Shown here piece by piece: positions 37,193 to 47,220 of a DNA stretch of 64,000 bases (within the stretch, counting starts at the first letter, position 1; each line of letters begins with the position of its first letter). The stretch covers positions 1 to 64,000 of the IMG/VR virus record IMGVR_UViG_3300014203_000012, one strand, 5' to 3'. The DNA is from a virus. Lineage: Duplodnaviria > Caudoviricetes. The position numbers and the translations under genes were made by a program. Under the pieces are notes generated by a model, which had not been told where the DNA came from, ran no database searches, and worked only from the letters and a program-made list of their open reading frames with translations.

Positions 37193-37921
37193 TTATCCCA
37201 TTAATACTTTTTCTAAAGGAGAATTTACTTTCTTATCATTCATTGCAGCATGTACAATAGAATCATCAAAGTTTTCTGAAGTAAGGGCAGAATATGCACT
37301 AACCATCTTAGAAACATCTTTAACACTGATAGATTGGTATTCGTTCATGTTCTTAGAACCAGATAATCTAAATGGTGTATTTGGATCTTTTATTGCCCTA
37401 CAAAGTTCCGATATAACAACACCGAATATCTGTAGAGAAATACCATAACTATTACCGTTAAGATTCATATTGTCAACAAAATAATCTTGTAACACATCGT
37501 ATGGAATAGTGGTAGGGATATTACCAGTAATCACAAAGAGATTAATAAAATCTTCTACATTTTCAATCTCTTGTGGAACTTTAGTATCCACTATGATAGG
37601 ATCTCCTTTTTTAAACCTAAGAAGTCTATAGTCTTGTGTTGTAGAAGATCCGATAAGTTTAATTTCCTTAACCTTATCAACGGTATAAGGTTTAGTTAAA
37701 AACCTAGTAGGATAATGGAACTGTTTTAAAGGACCTTTCTTTCCACTCTTATCTTCTATGGAGTAATCTAGTATTCCTAATATATTGATATAATCACCGG
37801 CAACGAATGCAGTTTTAAGATCAAAATACTTCTCAGGAACATAGAAAACAAACTCTCCTTCTTGGTCGAATAGAATCGCATTGCCTTTCCGTTTTAAGAA
37901 CGGTGGTATTTTATTATCCAT
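37193..37921 (-). CDS. Probable virion RNAP beta' extreme C-terminal subunit (SPN3US gp244/phiKZ gp176-like)
   Basis: ISVKDVSKMVSAYSALTSENFDDSIVHAAM..SPLEKVL aligns by eye to beta' [29 protein letters not shown]..LKENV. Confidence 0.6.
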   Translation of the reverse strand: MDNKIPPFLKRKGNAILFDQEGEFVFYVPEKYFDLKTAFVAGDYINILGILDYSIEDKSGKKGPLKQFHYPTRFLTKPYTVDKVKEIKLIGSSTTQDYRLLRFKKGDPIIVDTKVPQEIENVEDFINLFVITGNIPTTIPYDVLQDYFVDNMNLNGNSYGISLQIFGVVISELCRAIKDPNTPFRLSGSKNMNEYQSISVKDVSKMVSAYSALTSENFDDSIVHAAMNDKKVNSPLEKVLMG

Positions 37922-38586
37922 TAACTATGTCCTCCCATTTTCCAAATATCTAAAGATATCTTTCCTTCATATACAAGCGTTAACCATTGTTTCTCTGGGC
38001 TTATAGGAGTATCGCTTTTTTCTAATAATTTCAATCCAAGAGAATTCCTTGTTTTGTAATTAGCACCATGCTCAACTAAATATTTAGCGACTTCATAGTG
38101 CTCAAATCTACATGCAAATATATATCCCATTTCATCATTGATATTTGGATCTACATGTTTTTCTTCTATAAAATATTTAACTGCATCAAATATCCCATAA
38201 TGGCAAGCTTCTGTAAAAATCATACCTGTTTTACCATTAGGATCTACATTGTGAGTTTCAATTAGAAATAGTAATATATCATTGATATTCTTCTTATAAA
38301 TATTACCAAAACAAAATATCAATAAATCTTCAAGATTAATAGTTGTATTATTTTGTACAACTGCATTTACAACTTTTTTGAATAATCCAAAAGATAAATG
38401 AGTCGCTTGTTCAAGCTCTCTGTCTCCTAATTCAGCTGGATGTACTTTTATAATATACTCTATGGCAGGTATAAGATTTTCTTCTATAACGCGACTGTAT
38501 AAATCTTGTTTATGTAGATAATCTTTCTTACTAATTCCTTTACTGTATAAGAAACTATAAAATTGTTGTTCATTTTTTATTACCAT
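37921..38586 (-). CDS. Ankyrin-repeat protein
   Basis: ACHYGIFDAVKYFIE..VDPN; ACRFEHYEVAKYLVEHGAN. Confidence 0.8.
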   Translation of the reverse strand: MVIKNEQQFYSFLYSKGISKKDYLHKQDLYSRVIEENLIPAIEYIIKVHPAELGDRELEQATHLSFGLFKKVVNAVVQNNTTINLEDLLIFCFGNIYKKNINDILLFLIETHNVDPNGKTGMIFTEACHYGIFDAVKYFIEEKHVDPNINDEMGYIFACRFEHYEVAKYLVEHGANYKTRNSLGLKLLEKSDTPISPEKQWLTLVYEGKISLDIWKMGGHS

Positions 38587-38599
38587 TATACTTCCCCCC

Positions 38600-38611
38600 T
38601 ATTTATGTGTA
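38600..38611 (-). promoter_or_regulatory. Late-type promoter
   Basis: TACA-cataaa-TA. Confidence 0.55.
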
Positions 38612-38626
38612 TACAAAAGAAAAAAT

Positions 38627-38654
38627 AAAGGCTATGGATTAATCCATAGCCTTT
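38627..38654 (-). terminator. 28 bp perfect palindrome terminator
   Basis: AAAGGCTATGGATT|AATCCATAGCCTTT with T-tract on minus strand. Confidence 0.75.
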
Positions 38655-38660
38655 TGTTTA

Positions 38661-39920
38661 TTATAGATTAACTGTTCCAATATTACTTGAAACTCCATTG
38701 ACTGATTCGTCTGTTACTATAAGACCATCCAATGGATCTGGCGATACCATATCAGGGCCAGATGTAGATTGAGTAACTGGATCACTAAATACATTTACAG
38801 GAATAGTGCCATATATGAGGGTACCATATTCTGTTTTACCGCCAACTGTAGTGTTACCAGTGCCAGTACCACCATAAATAATAGCTCCGACAATACTATT
38901 ACCAACAGTATATCCCCCTACAACTGTACCACCAGAGATAATTCCACCTGATGTTACACCACCAGTAGTCTTTCCTTCCAGTATAGTATAAGTTTTATCA
39001 TTAATATTACCAATAGCAGTGCCACCTTGGATGACACCACCGGTTGTGGTTCCACCTAATGCGATATCTCCGGTAACGACAGCGCCAACTGTTACCATAT
39101 CAACTCCAGTAAGAACTCCGTCGCTTACAGTGGAGTTGTATAAGATCGGCTCGATAACAGCACCACCAGTTGTGGTTCCACCTTCTATAGTACTATTCAA
39201 TGATATAACATGTGATACTTCTGTTGCAACAACAGTTGCCCCAACTGTTATATTTCCAGTTTTAACTCCACCTTCAACATTGCCTAAAACCATAATACCA
39301 CTAACAAAAGTTCCAACTGTGATTATACCACCAGCAGTGGAGCCCCCAGATGTAACTATAGTATTACCGTTAGGATTAGCACCAGTAGAAATTCCACCTT
39401 CAGTACTACCAGTTACGTCTCCACCAGTATTTGTACCACCACCAGGAGTTACTGTACCGCCAGTAATATTACCATTATCATCTATCGTAGCATTGGTAAG
39501 TGTAACATTCTTTACTGTACCTACTGTAGTTCCATTGGTATGCTTGCTATTAGAGATGGTAGTATCTTCATCTGCGTATTTAATGAAGACTTTAACCTCT
39601 CTTATCTGACTAGTCTTAATAGTCTTTACATTAGTGCTACAAGCAGCAGACGCATCTATTTTTATAAGATACTCAATTGCTGGCTGTGGAAAAGATTTAT
39701 CTCTCACGTCTGAGATTCTAGCAAGTCCAATTATCCTACCAACAACTTTATTTAAATTGGTAGATTCTAAATATGTAATATCATAAGTCGTTCCAACTTC
39801 TAATCTGATAGTGTAATCATTTTTAGGATCGGAATACCTTAGAGTTACATCTAAACGTAAATCTTGTTCAGTCTCTACATCTAGTAGTGTGATTATATTA
39901 TTTGTTAATAAACTGCTCAT
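38661..39920 (-). CDS. Gly/Thr-rich repeat structural protein
   Basis: Many GG/TTGG pentapeptide-like repeats; late promoter. Confidence 0.7.
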   Translation of the reverse strand: MSSLLTNNIITLLDVETEQDLRLDVTLRYSDPKNDYTIRLEVGTTYDITYLESTNLNKVVGRIIGLARISDVRDKSFPQPAIEYLIKIDASAACSTNVKTIKTSQIREVKVFIKYADEDTTISNSKHTNGTTVGTVKNVTLTNATIDDNGNITGGTVTPGGGTNTGGDVTGSTEGGISTGANPNGNTIVTSGGSTAGGIITVGTFVSGIMVLGNVEGGVKTGNITVGATVVATEVSHVISLNSTIEGGTTTGGAVIEPILYNSTVSDGVLTGVDMVTVGAVVTGDIALGGTTTGGVIQGGTAIGNINDKTYTILEGKTTGGVTSGGIISGGTVVGGYTVGNSIVGAIIYGGTGTGNTTVGGKTEYGTLIYGTIPVNVFSDPVTQSTSGPDMVSPDPLDGLIVTDESVNGVSSNIGTVNL

Positions 39921-39952
39921 TTATACAAAACCCTCCTCTATTATAAGTAATT

Positions 39953-39964
39953 TAATAAAATGTT
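39953..39964 (-). promoter_or_regulatory. Late-type promoter
   Basis: AACA-ttttat-TA. Confidence 0.7.
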
Positions 39965-39997
39965 AAGGCTACAGATTGCTCTGTAGCCTTCTATGAT

Positions 39998-41188
39998 TTA
40001 TACACTAAAAAGTTCAGTATGTCTTTTTTCAAGAACTGCAAAGAGAAGTTTAAGATGTTCAATGCATTGAGTAGAGAAATCGGTTTTTGTTGTCCCTGTT
40101 CTTGCAAGTGATACGATATTTCGCATAGAACTATACATGAACCAAATACCAGGTTTATCGTCTGGCTTGATATTCTTAGACACTTCTGCCAGCATAACAA
40201 TAAATGCTTTACATTGGTCTTGGCTTAATTGTAAAATGTGCGGCATGTCAATAAGAGCAACGTTTTTGAGTGCAGTTGTTTTTAAAATACTTTTACTCAT
40301 AACGAAGTCGAAAGAATCACAAGCACGCTCAAATCTTTTTACTTTCTTAGCTAGACCGCGAATGAACGCATCATCTTCAAGAAGTTTTAATTGACGTTTA
40401 AACGTATAAGCATCAGTGTATGCTTTAGACGTCGCAATTATAATAGCTTTTGTAACTTCATCTTCTGTCGCAGCTGCTTGTTCCAACAATTGAACTTCCA
40501 TAAGTTCACGAGTATGTTCAGCATACATATCAACAATTTCAGGGAATGCCATAGCTTTAGACAATTCATCTTGGAATGCTTTACACTCTTTATCTAAAGA
40601 CATTTCTTGAACAAGTTCAGTTACAACCATACGAGCGTATCGATTTATAACTGAATTTTGTCTAATATTTAAAGCTTTGCAGTTTTCTCGGATAACCTCG
40701 TATATTGCTGGTGGTAGTGCCGCAGCTACATTCATATTGGGATCTGCTTTTGCTTTCACCGCAACATTATAAAGTGTGATAAGATCTTTTTCATCTAATG
40801 AATCAATCATAAGGCTATTAATATTTTTAGATTCTGGCTTCTGATCGTAGATTGTGGAAGCAGATCCATCGCCAGCTTTAATATCGGTTGTTTCTTCAGC
40901 AACAGCTGCCTTAAGTTCCTCGTCGCTCATAGTAGCAATTCCAGTATAGAGTTTGTCTTCTTCTGCAGTATATTCTTTCTGGCTGTTAAGAAGAGCTTCC
41001 CTTGCAAATATATTCATAGGTTTCTCTTCTTCTTTAGGTGGAACTTCAGTTCCATCATCATCCATATCTTCCACAGTTTCTTCTAATACTGGAGTTTCCA
41101 CGTTCATTTTTACGTTTTCGTATACTGGAAATGAAGCATCTCCGTCAATTACTATTTCTGCACCTTTTAATTCATTCTCGATTGTCAT
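39998..41188 (-). CDS. Hypothetical protein, acidic N-terminus, helical
   Basis: ORF track; AAGGGG RBS. Confidence 0.75.
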   Translation of the reverse strand: MTIENELKGAEIVIDGDASFPVYENVKMNVETPVLEETVEDMDDDGTEVPPKEEEKPMNIFAREALLNSQKEYTAEEDKLYTGIATMSDEELKAAVAEETTDIKAGDGSASTIYDQKPESKNINSLMIDSLDEKDLITLYNVAVKAKADPNMNVAAALPPAIYEVIRENCKALNIRQNSVINRYARMVVTELVQEMSLDKECKAFQDELSKAMAFPEIVDMYAEHTRELMEVQLLEQAAATEDEVTKAIIIATSKAYTDAYTFKRQLKLLEDDAFIRGLAKKVKRFERACDSFDFVMSKSILKTTALKNVALIDMPHILQLSQDQCKAFIVMLAEVSKNIKPDDKPGIWFMYSSMRNIVSLARTGTTKTDFSTQCIEHLKLLFAVLEKRHTELFSV

Positions 41189-41206
41189 TTTAATTTCCCC
41201 TTCTTT

Positions 41207-41989
41207 TTAAAATTGTAAACTACTATTATTATCATTCGGCGTATTAATACGCTGAATTTCTAAACGTATTGCCGTAATCACTAAAGGATAGATTTCTTGG
41301 TTACGCAATAAAGAGCAATATGCTGATTGAAAGAAACTTACTTGTGGGAATAAATGCTGTAAGAATAAATTAGTTGCAATAATATTATTCCCGTAGATAT
41401 AATTTAGAATTGTTTCCATACTAAATTCAACCTGAGTGATATAACCAATTACTTTAGTAAGATTGGAATTGATTAAAGCAATCTTTGGATCGTTATATAA
41501 TTTTTTATTATATAACGTTGTGATATCTTTGGATTTTTTAGTTTCTTCTAAATGCAATGCTTGATAGATTCCATCTTTTTCTCTAGCAATAATCTTAGAG
41601 AAGAAAAGAGAAACATATGCATTGTAGTTAGAAATAAAGAAATCATACATATATTTTGCAGTGGTAAAGAAATCGACTGTCTCGTCGTATCTTATTTCCA
41701 TTTGGAATTCCCTAGCGATCAACTCTATAATTTCTCTATAGGTTTGATCTCTAACCTGCAGTATATTATCCCGATCAGACGGAAACTGAGCGAGAAGTGT
41801 TTTGAAATTGGCTTCGAATGATATTACCAAATTAGGTTTTGGTAATATATCAAAAGATCTGTGCCTTTCAGATAATATATCCTGAATCACGCCAAAGATA
41901 TATTCTGTGCTAAAATTAGATAAAAGAATTGCTACTTCGTTTTCGGCTTGAATATTATAAGCCTGAGAATTGGCAGTGAATGAACTCAT
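41207..41989 (-). CDS. Hypothetical late protein
   Basis: AGGAGG RBS; late promoter. Confidence 0.75.
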   Translation of the reverse strand: MSSFTANSQAYNIQAENEVAILLSNFSTEYIFGVIQDILSERHRSFDILPKPNLVISFEANFKTLLAQFPSDRDNILQVRDQTYREIIELIAREFQMEIRYDETVDFFTTAKYMYDFFISNYNAYVSLFFSKIIAREKDGIYQALHLEETKKSKDITTLYNKKLYNDPKIALINSNLTKVIGYITQVEFSMETILNYIYGNNIIATNLFLQHLFPQVSFFQSAYCSLLRNQEIYPLVITAIRLEIQRINTPNDNNSSLQF

Positions 41990-42016
41990 AAGAATAAACC
42001 TCCTTGTTATATTGAT

Positions 42017-42028
42017 TATAGTACTGTC
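42017..42028 (-). promoter_or_regulatory. Late-type promoter
   Basis: GACA-gtacta-TA. Confidence 0.55.
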
Positions 42029-42063
42029 ACGAAGGATATAAAAAATAAAAAGGGAGGATGCTA

Positions 42064-43206
42064 TTATGCATCCTCTTTTAAGTACTTAGCAAAATTAAGT
42101 CTCCTAAGAGCCTCAGACAATAGGTTAGAAGTATCTGTGTATATACCGCTGTGTTTTTCTTTCTCAGTTTCTACGAAAAGCAATATCATGATATATCTTT
42201 CTATATTTTTTATATTATCACGAATATTTTCCTTCTTAGTATTAACTGTGAAATTTGCGATATAATTAATTAGTGAAATTAATTTAGAGTTTGTAGATTT
42301 GATTTCTCCATAGTATTCAATAAATCTACAAATGTAACCTCTAAGTTTTATGTAATCGTATAGCTCATTATCATCGTATGTTTTAGTGCTGATGATAGTA
42401 TCTATAGTATTAATAATAAATATAATTGTATTAAGAAAATTTGCATTATACTTATTAGTGCAGTTTTTACTCATGCACTTGAATAGATCCTCTTCTGCAT
42501 ATTTGGTAAGCGTATAAATCGATGAGTCATTACATATTATATTTGTAGATGCCCCATTGATAAAAGAAAGTCTTTTGAGAGTGTATATTTTATTCTTCAA
42601 TACACCTTTATATTTTACGGCTTCATCCACTACACCCTTTCTTTCGGTTGGAGTATATGTAGATTCGGCTATATTGTAGTGAATATAATCTCCAAAGACA
42701 TTAAATCTTTCCGACTCCCAAATATCTACGTTTATTGAAGCGAAATTAACTAATCGGTTTAGAACTCTTATCGGTTCTACATATTGTGTATCGATAGTTG
42801 CTGCAATTTCTGTATTCATTTTTTTAATCTTCCCCCGCATAATGTATTCTTCATATATTTTATCATATTTCATATTGTTCAACGTTTCATAGATATATCT
42901 AATTAGATCACTATGGAACACGCAGACTCCTACTTTACGAAAAGTCTCTGAATGGTGTTTATCTCCAACTTTTATAGTTATAGTTCTATCAGAGTTAGAC
43001 TCATTGGATGTGATTACTATTATGCTGCCATCACTATTACATGGTTCTGACATTGGGATTGATGATACGAAGTCGTATAATACAATACTAAGGTTTATAC
43101 TACAATAGTTCATAAAATCTTCCAAAGTCAATTGTCTAGATAATTTATTATTAATATACACATCAATTTTGTCTTCATTAGATCTGAAAACAATCGATCG
43201 TGTCAC
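42064..43206 (-). CDS. Hypothetical early protein; N-terminus paralogous to upstream gene
   Basis: IVFRSNEDKIDVYINNKL; GTG start after GGGGG. Confidence 0.7.
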   Translation of the reverse strand: MTRSIVFRSNEDKIDVYINNKLSRQLTLEDFMNYCSINLSIVLYDFVSSIPMSEPCNSDGSIIVITSNESNSDRTITIKVGDKHHSETFRKVGVCVFHSDLIRYIYETLNNMKYDKIYEEYIMRGKIKKMNTEIAATIDTQYVEPIRVLNRLVNFASINVDIWESERFNVFGDYIHYNIAESTYTPTERKGVVDEAVKYKGVLKNKIYTLKRLSFINGASTNIICNDSSIYTLTKYAEEDLFKCMSKNCTNKYNANFLNTIIFIINTIDTIISTKTYDDNELYDYIKLRGYICRFIEYYGEIKSTNSKLISLINYIANFTVNTKKENIRDNIKNIERYIMILLFVETEKEKHSGIYTDTSNLLSEALRRLNFAKYLKEDA

Positions 43207-43607
43207 CCTAAAACCCCCCATAGATTTTTAATCGAGTCTATTTTAAATATTTTATCATATTTCATGCGCACCATTGTATCGACGATAGATTTGATAATGT
43301 CGCAATAAAATATTTTCTCCCCAACTCCATCTAAAAATAGAGTTTCTGTTTCTGTTCCCACTGTTATATAAATAATAAAGTTTACTGAAGACTCGGTAGA
43401 TTGTATAGTAAAGGCAGATATTTTTATCTCCCCATCTACAATACACCCGCCAATATTTGACTGAGATACTAAAAAATTGTGTAAGTTTATATCAATAATA
43501 GGATTATTTGGAGTTATAAAAATATTTACTGGTATTTGGTTTATCAATTTATTATTAATATACGTTTCTATTTTATTTTTATTTTGCTTAAATACAAGAT
43601 ATATCAT
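43203..43607 (-). CDS. Hypothetical early protein (paralogue)
   Basis: LVFKQNKNKIETYINNKL...MKYDKI. Confidence 0.7.
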   Translation of the reverse strand: MIYLVFKQNKNKIETYINNKLINQIPVNIFITPNNPIIDINLHNFLVSQSNIGGCIVDGEIKISAFTIQSTESSVNFIIYITVGTETETLFLDGVGEKIFYCDIIKSIVDTMVRMKYDKIFKIDSIKNLWGVLG

Positions 43608-44691
43608 TTAATAACCCCCATAGATTTTTAATTGATTTTTCTTTATATAACTTTAAATATTTTAAGTCGTTTAGCTTTTCAAAAATTTCATCAAACCCAC
43701 TACTAGTTATACCTGTAGTATCGGGAAACATTACACTATTATGCCGATTTCCGGCTATCATTATCATAAGGTTATTTTTATTTTTATATTTAACAAGTAT
43801 GATATTTAATTTATCTAGATGGATTGTTGGGTAATTGTATCCTTTATCATGATTATATATAAGCTCGGATAGCGAGTCCATCACTCTAAAATTATCAAAG
43901 TTCTTTAACAAAATAGATGAGCAACTATTCGTTTTCTCATCATTAATGAAAGGAGCTATTTGACCATCTTCAGTTTTATAAAATCCAAGATAACTTACAC
44001 TTTTTATTTCTGGATCGTCGTATTTTACATATTTTGATAATCCATTTGGATCTGCTTTCATACGAATAGCATCTATTTCCTTTTCAAACAGTGATGTAAA
44101 TTCAGCATCTTTTACATTGTAATTGACAAGAGGTGAAATAATTTCATTAGCTAAAGTAACTGTTGTACAATCTATTCTAATAGATTTTAAAATAGTATTA
44201 GCTTTAGTATCAAGAGTGGTAATTAGAGTATTAAGCATAGTTTTATAATTTTCAGCAAATGTTTCTTTATCACAACATTCCGATTTCAAAGATTTAATTA
44301 TAAACTCATCTAAATATTTATGTATCAATCTACCTGAAAGTACACCATAATATCTGTTAAGCATTGGTCCTATATCAGACGTACGAAGAATTTCTTTAAA
44401 ATGTAATCTGAGAGATTTGTATACACCGTATTCTCCATCACCTTGAGACACAGTGGTATTTAATATTGTTATACGTGGAATATCAGTAAGATCTAATATA
44501 GGATAGTGTATACTATCATACTCCTGAGAACAAGAAGTTATTCTGTAATCTGGAGATTTACCAGAAATGTGTATATCGCGATATACAGGATTGCCATTTT
44601 TCATAATAACCAGGGTTGTTAAAATATTTCCATTCATAGTTGGTAATTTGAAATGTTTTTCTAATTCGCTTAGTTTTCTCATGTGTGACAT
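43588..44691 (-). CDS. Hypothetical early protein
   Basis: AGGAG RBS; early promoter upstream. Confidence 0.75.
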   Translation of the reverse strand: MSHMRKLSELEKHFKLPTMNGNILTTLVIMKNGNPVYRDIHISGKSPDYRITSCSQEYDSIHYPILDLTDIPRITILNTTVSQGDGEYGVYKSLRLHFKEILRTSDIGPMLNRYYGVLSGRLIHKYLDEFIIKSLKSECCDKETFAENYKTMLNTLITTLDTKANTILKSIRIDCTTVTLANEIISPLVNYNVKDAEFTSLFEKEIDAIRMKADPNGLSKYVKYDDPEIKSVSYLGFYKTEDGQIAPFINDEKTNSCSSILLKNFDNFRVMDSLSELIYNHDKGYNYPTIHLDKLNIILVKYKNKNNLMIMIAGNRHNSVMFPDTTGITSSGFDEIFEKLNDLKYLKLYKEKSIKNLWGLLNDISCI

Positions 44692-44755
44692 CTCTCCTTA
44701 AATTTTGTTAAGAGTGTTTCTCTTACTATAATGATAGATAGGTTTTCAATTCCTA

Positions 44756-44771
44756 TCAGTTATATAATATA
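44756..44771 (-). promoter_or_regulatory. Early-type promoter
   Basis: TATATTAT-ataac-TGA. Confidence 0.75.
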
Positions 44772-44777
44772 TAAACA

Positions 44778-44789
44778 AACATAAGTATA
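44778..44789 (+). promoter_or_regulatory. Late-type promoter with no downstream CDS
   Basis: AACA-taagta-TA. Confidence 0.65.
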
Positions 44790-44948
44790 ATCATATGTAA
44801 AAGTATGGTTGCTTCCTTACATTTCCTTTTTCTCGAAATTGTTCATCTCTCTTTCCCCTTATTTTACACGCCTAATGCCCATGCCACCTGCCCTGGCATG
44901 GGCACCGGTCTGTCAAAATACTCCCTCTATAGCAATGCTATAGAGGGA
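44789..44948 (+). ncRNA. Candidate late small RNA (about 160 nt) with CU-rich anti-SD-like tracts
   Basis: Promoter, 5' hairpin, pyrimidine tract, 11 bp GC hairpin with CCTGCCC loop, terminator; no RBS. Confidence 0.55.
44922..44948. terminator. Bidirectional terminator, GCA-A-TGC apex
   Basis: TCCCTCTATAGCA-a-TGCTATAGAGGGA. Confidence 0.8.
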
Positions 44949-44959
44949 TATATTATGTT

Positions 44960-47194
44960 TTATCTAAAATTGAAATTCTCATCCATCATTTTTTTATAAT
45001 CCTCTTCAGGATCTGATGCAAAATTAGTAAACACTGAGTCTGGAATTGCCATGTTATCAAGATCTAAATTAGAATTCAAGTCGTCAATAGTACAGTTATT
45101 TTGTCTAGCATATGATTCTTTAACTGCTCTATTTTGTAGCATCATTCTAAGCATGACATTTTCTTTTTCCATTTCACTTTTCTTCCAATCGCTCAAAAGA
45201 ATACCACTAGCTGCTTTCATTTCTTTAAGTTCTTTATTTACTTCTTCGTTTAAATCATTATCAATATATTCTATTTCTTCTACAATGCTAGAATACTTCT
45301 CTTCTAGCCCATTTATAACTTCATCAATCTGTTCATCCGTCTTGATTGAACTTTTTTCGATATGGAATAATTCCTTAAGGTTCTTGCCTTCATACCATAC
45401 GTATAGAGCCATCAAATATGAGAATACTTGGTCATCATGACTTGTATCTGAATGCTCTACTCTACCGCTTCTTTTAACTTGCATACCCTTCAATTCTCTA
45501 TGAAGTATAGGAGAGATAAATTTATCTTTATGAAGCTCCATTCTCTCTCTAAGTATTTCAATTAATAATTCACGGCTAGCTTTACCAGAATCGAAACCAT
45601 AAACTTTTGTTTTCTGTTTCTTTCGTACTATACGTAATCCATCATTTGTTTCTTCTATTACTCTATCTTTAATTTCGTAATAGAGATTCTTCTTGATCTT
45701 AGATTCTATAAGCTTAGCAAGAACAGATGCACCATAACCGCCATTTCGCTCTACGTTTATTACAACGTTCGGCATCATAGTTGTTGTTATCTCATATATT
45801 ACTCTGGCTAAATCTATAGGAGATATATAGTTGCATTTGAAATCTGCAAAGACTCTGGTTGTTTTAGAATCAATGATAGTTATGGCGGAAGCATCTTGAT
45901 TGTAACCACCAGATACATCGACACCCATAACAGGTGGATATTTTGGAGTATAATCTGATTTCAAAGGAATCTTCTCGTAGATATTTAGAGTCCACTTACC
46001 AAGAATAAGTCTAGCATCAATAGGATCATGAACTAACCGACCTACTGTTTCTAAATCTTCCTTATTAAATGGAGAGTTCTCTGGACTATCGCTCCATTCT
46101 AATAATATTTCGCGACGTATTTCGTTCCATTTCCACTGCATTTCCTTACATATATCTTCAAACCATTTTTCATCTCGACCAACTTGTTTATATGTAAATT
46201 TTACATAGACAAAGTTAGAAGAACTATTAGCATTTATAATACCCATGATTTGTTGATAGCTTAGATCGTACCATTTTTCTGTAAAGTTTACAGCACCTTG
46301 AAGCATACGATATGCTTCTTTACCTTCATTAGTAGTTAGGATACCAGGAGTTGTAGAAAGTAGTATACCATAAGGAGCTCCAACTTTCTTAGCATTCAAT
46401 GCTGCAGTTTTAAATGCAGGAATTGTGTTAATATAGATAATGTCATTATATGGAATAAATGCCCACTCATCTGCCCATAGTGCAGGAATGGTTCGACCAC
46501 GAAGTAGATTAGCTGCTGCTATTTGATTTCTAGCAGATGGTGCTGTTTTTATTACGTTCTTATTAATAGGATGCTGAATAGTTTCTACAGTTGATGGCAT
46601 CTTAAGTTTCTTATTATCCATACTATAAGGCTGATCCATTCGTAAATATGATGGAAGAGAATCTCGTATGTCTTTAAGTCGCTGTAGATTCAGCTTGGAA
46701 TCTTTCATTGCTTTGTTTAAGAATGTAATTTCAGAGTTAGACGTAGCAAAGTTATATACGTACAAATACCAAATAACTGCAGATACTGATTTACCTTGCT
46801 GCCGTGGTAGTTCGAAAAAGATATTCAAATTATACATTAAGCAAAAGTTTAATGCTAAGTTACCCCTATGAAGATTATATACATCTCCTGTAGCTTTACC
46901 TGCAACTGGAACCCGTACAACTTCTCTTAGATAGTACCAATAATTAAATCGTACTTCTCTAAGAATTTTAGCTTTTTGAACCTGACTCAGATTAGGATCG
47001 TGTGGATCTACGCCAGCCAAATCCGGATCTAATAGTGTAAGCATGAATTTGTTATTTTCTACACCAGTCTTTTTTAGATAGTAGTGCATCTCTAAAAATG
47101 ATCTATTGGTTGTAGACATTTGATATACTCTAGCTGGAGCAGCTTGTCGTTGTTGTGGTAATCGACTGTACTGCGCACCACCCTGTTGTATCAT
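44960..47194 (-). CDS. terL: Terminase large subunit
   Basis: Walker A PRQQGKS, WADEWAF, STP, nuclease GVDVSGG, VERN, HDDQVFS. Confidence 0.92.
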   Translation of the reverse strand: MIQQGGAQYSRLPQQRQAAPARVYQMSTTNRSFLEMHYYLKKTGVENNKFMLTLLDPDLAGVDPHDPNLSQVQKAKILREVRFNYWYYLREVVRVPVAGKATGDVYNLHRGNLALNFCLMYNLNIFFELPRQQGKSVSAVIWYLYVYNFATSNSEITFLNKAMKDSKLNLQRLKDIRDSLPSYLRMDQPYSMDNKKLKMPSTVETIQHPINKNVIKTAPSARNQIAAANLLRGRTIPALWADEWAFIPYNDIIYINTIPAFKTAALNAKKVGAPYGILLSTTPGILTTNEGKEAYRMLQGAVNFTEKWYDLSYQQIMGIINANSSSNFVYVKFTYKQVGRDEKWFEDICKEMQWKWNEIRREILLEWSDSPENSPFNKEDLETVGRLVHDPIDARLILGKWTLNIYEKIPLKSDYTPKYPPVMGVDVSGGYNQDASAITIIDSKTTRVFADFKCNYISPIDLARVIYEITTTMMPNVVINVERNGGYGASVLAKLIESKIKKNLYYEIKDRVIEETNDGLRIVRKKQKTKVYGFDSGKASRELLIEILRERMELHKDKFISPILHRELKGMQVKRSGRVEHSDTSHDDQVFSYLMALYVWYEGKNLKELFHIEKSSIKTDEQIDEVINGLEEKYSSIVEEIEYIDNDLNEEVNKELKEMKAASGILLSDWKKSEMEKENVMLRMMLQNRAVKESYARQNNCTIDDLNSNLDLDNMAIPDSVFTNFASDPEEDYKKMMDENFNFR

Positions 47195-47220
47195 ACTGGT
47201 TCACCCCTTTATTGAGCTCT

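Noticed and set aside
44805-44999. 64 aa ORF
   Set aside because: No SD, crosses a strong terminator and overlaps the terminase 3' end; an ncRNA interpretation fits better.
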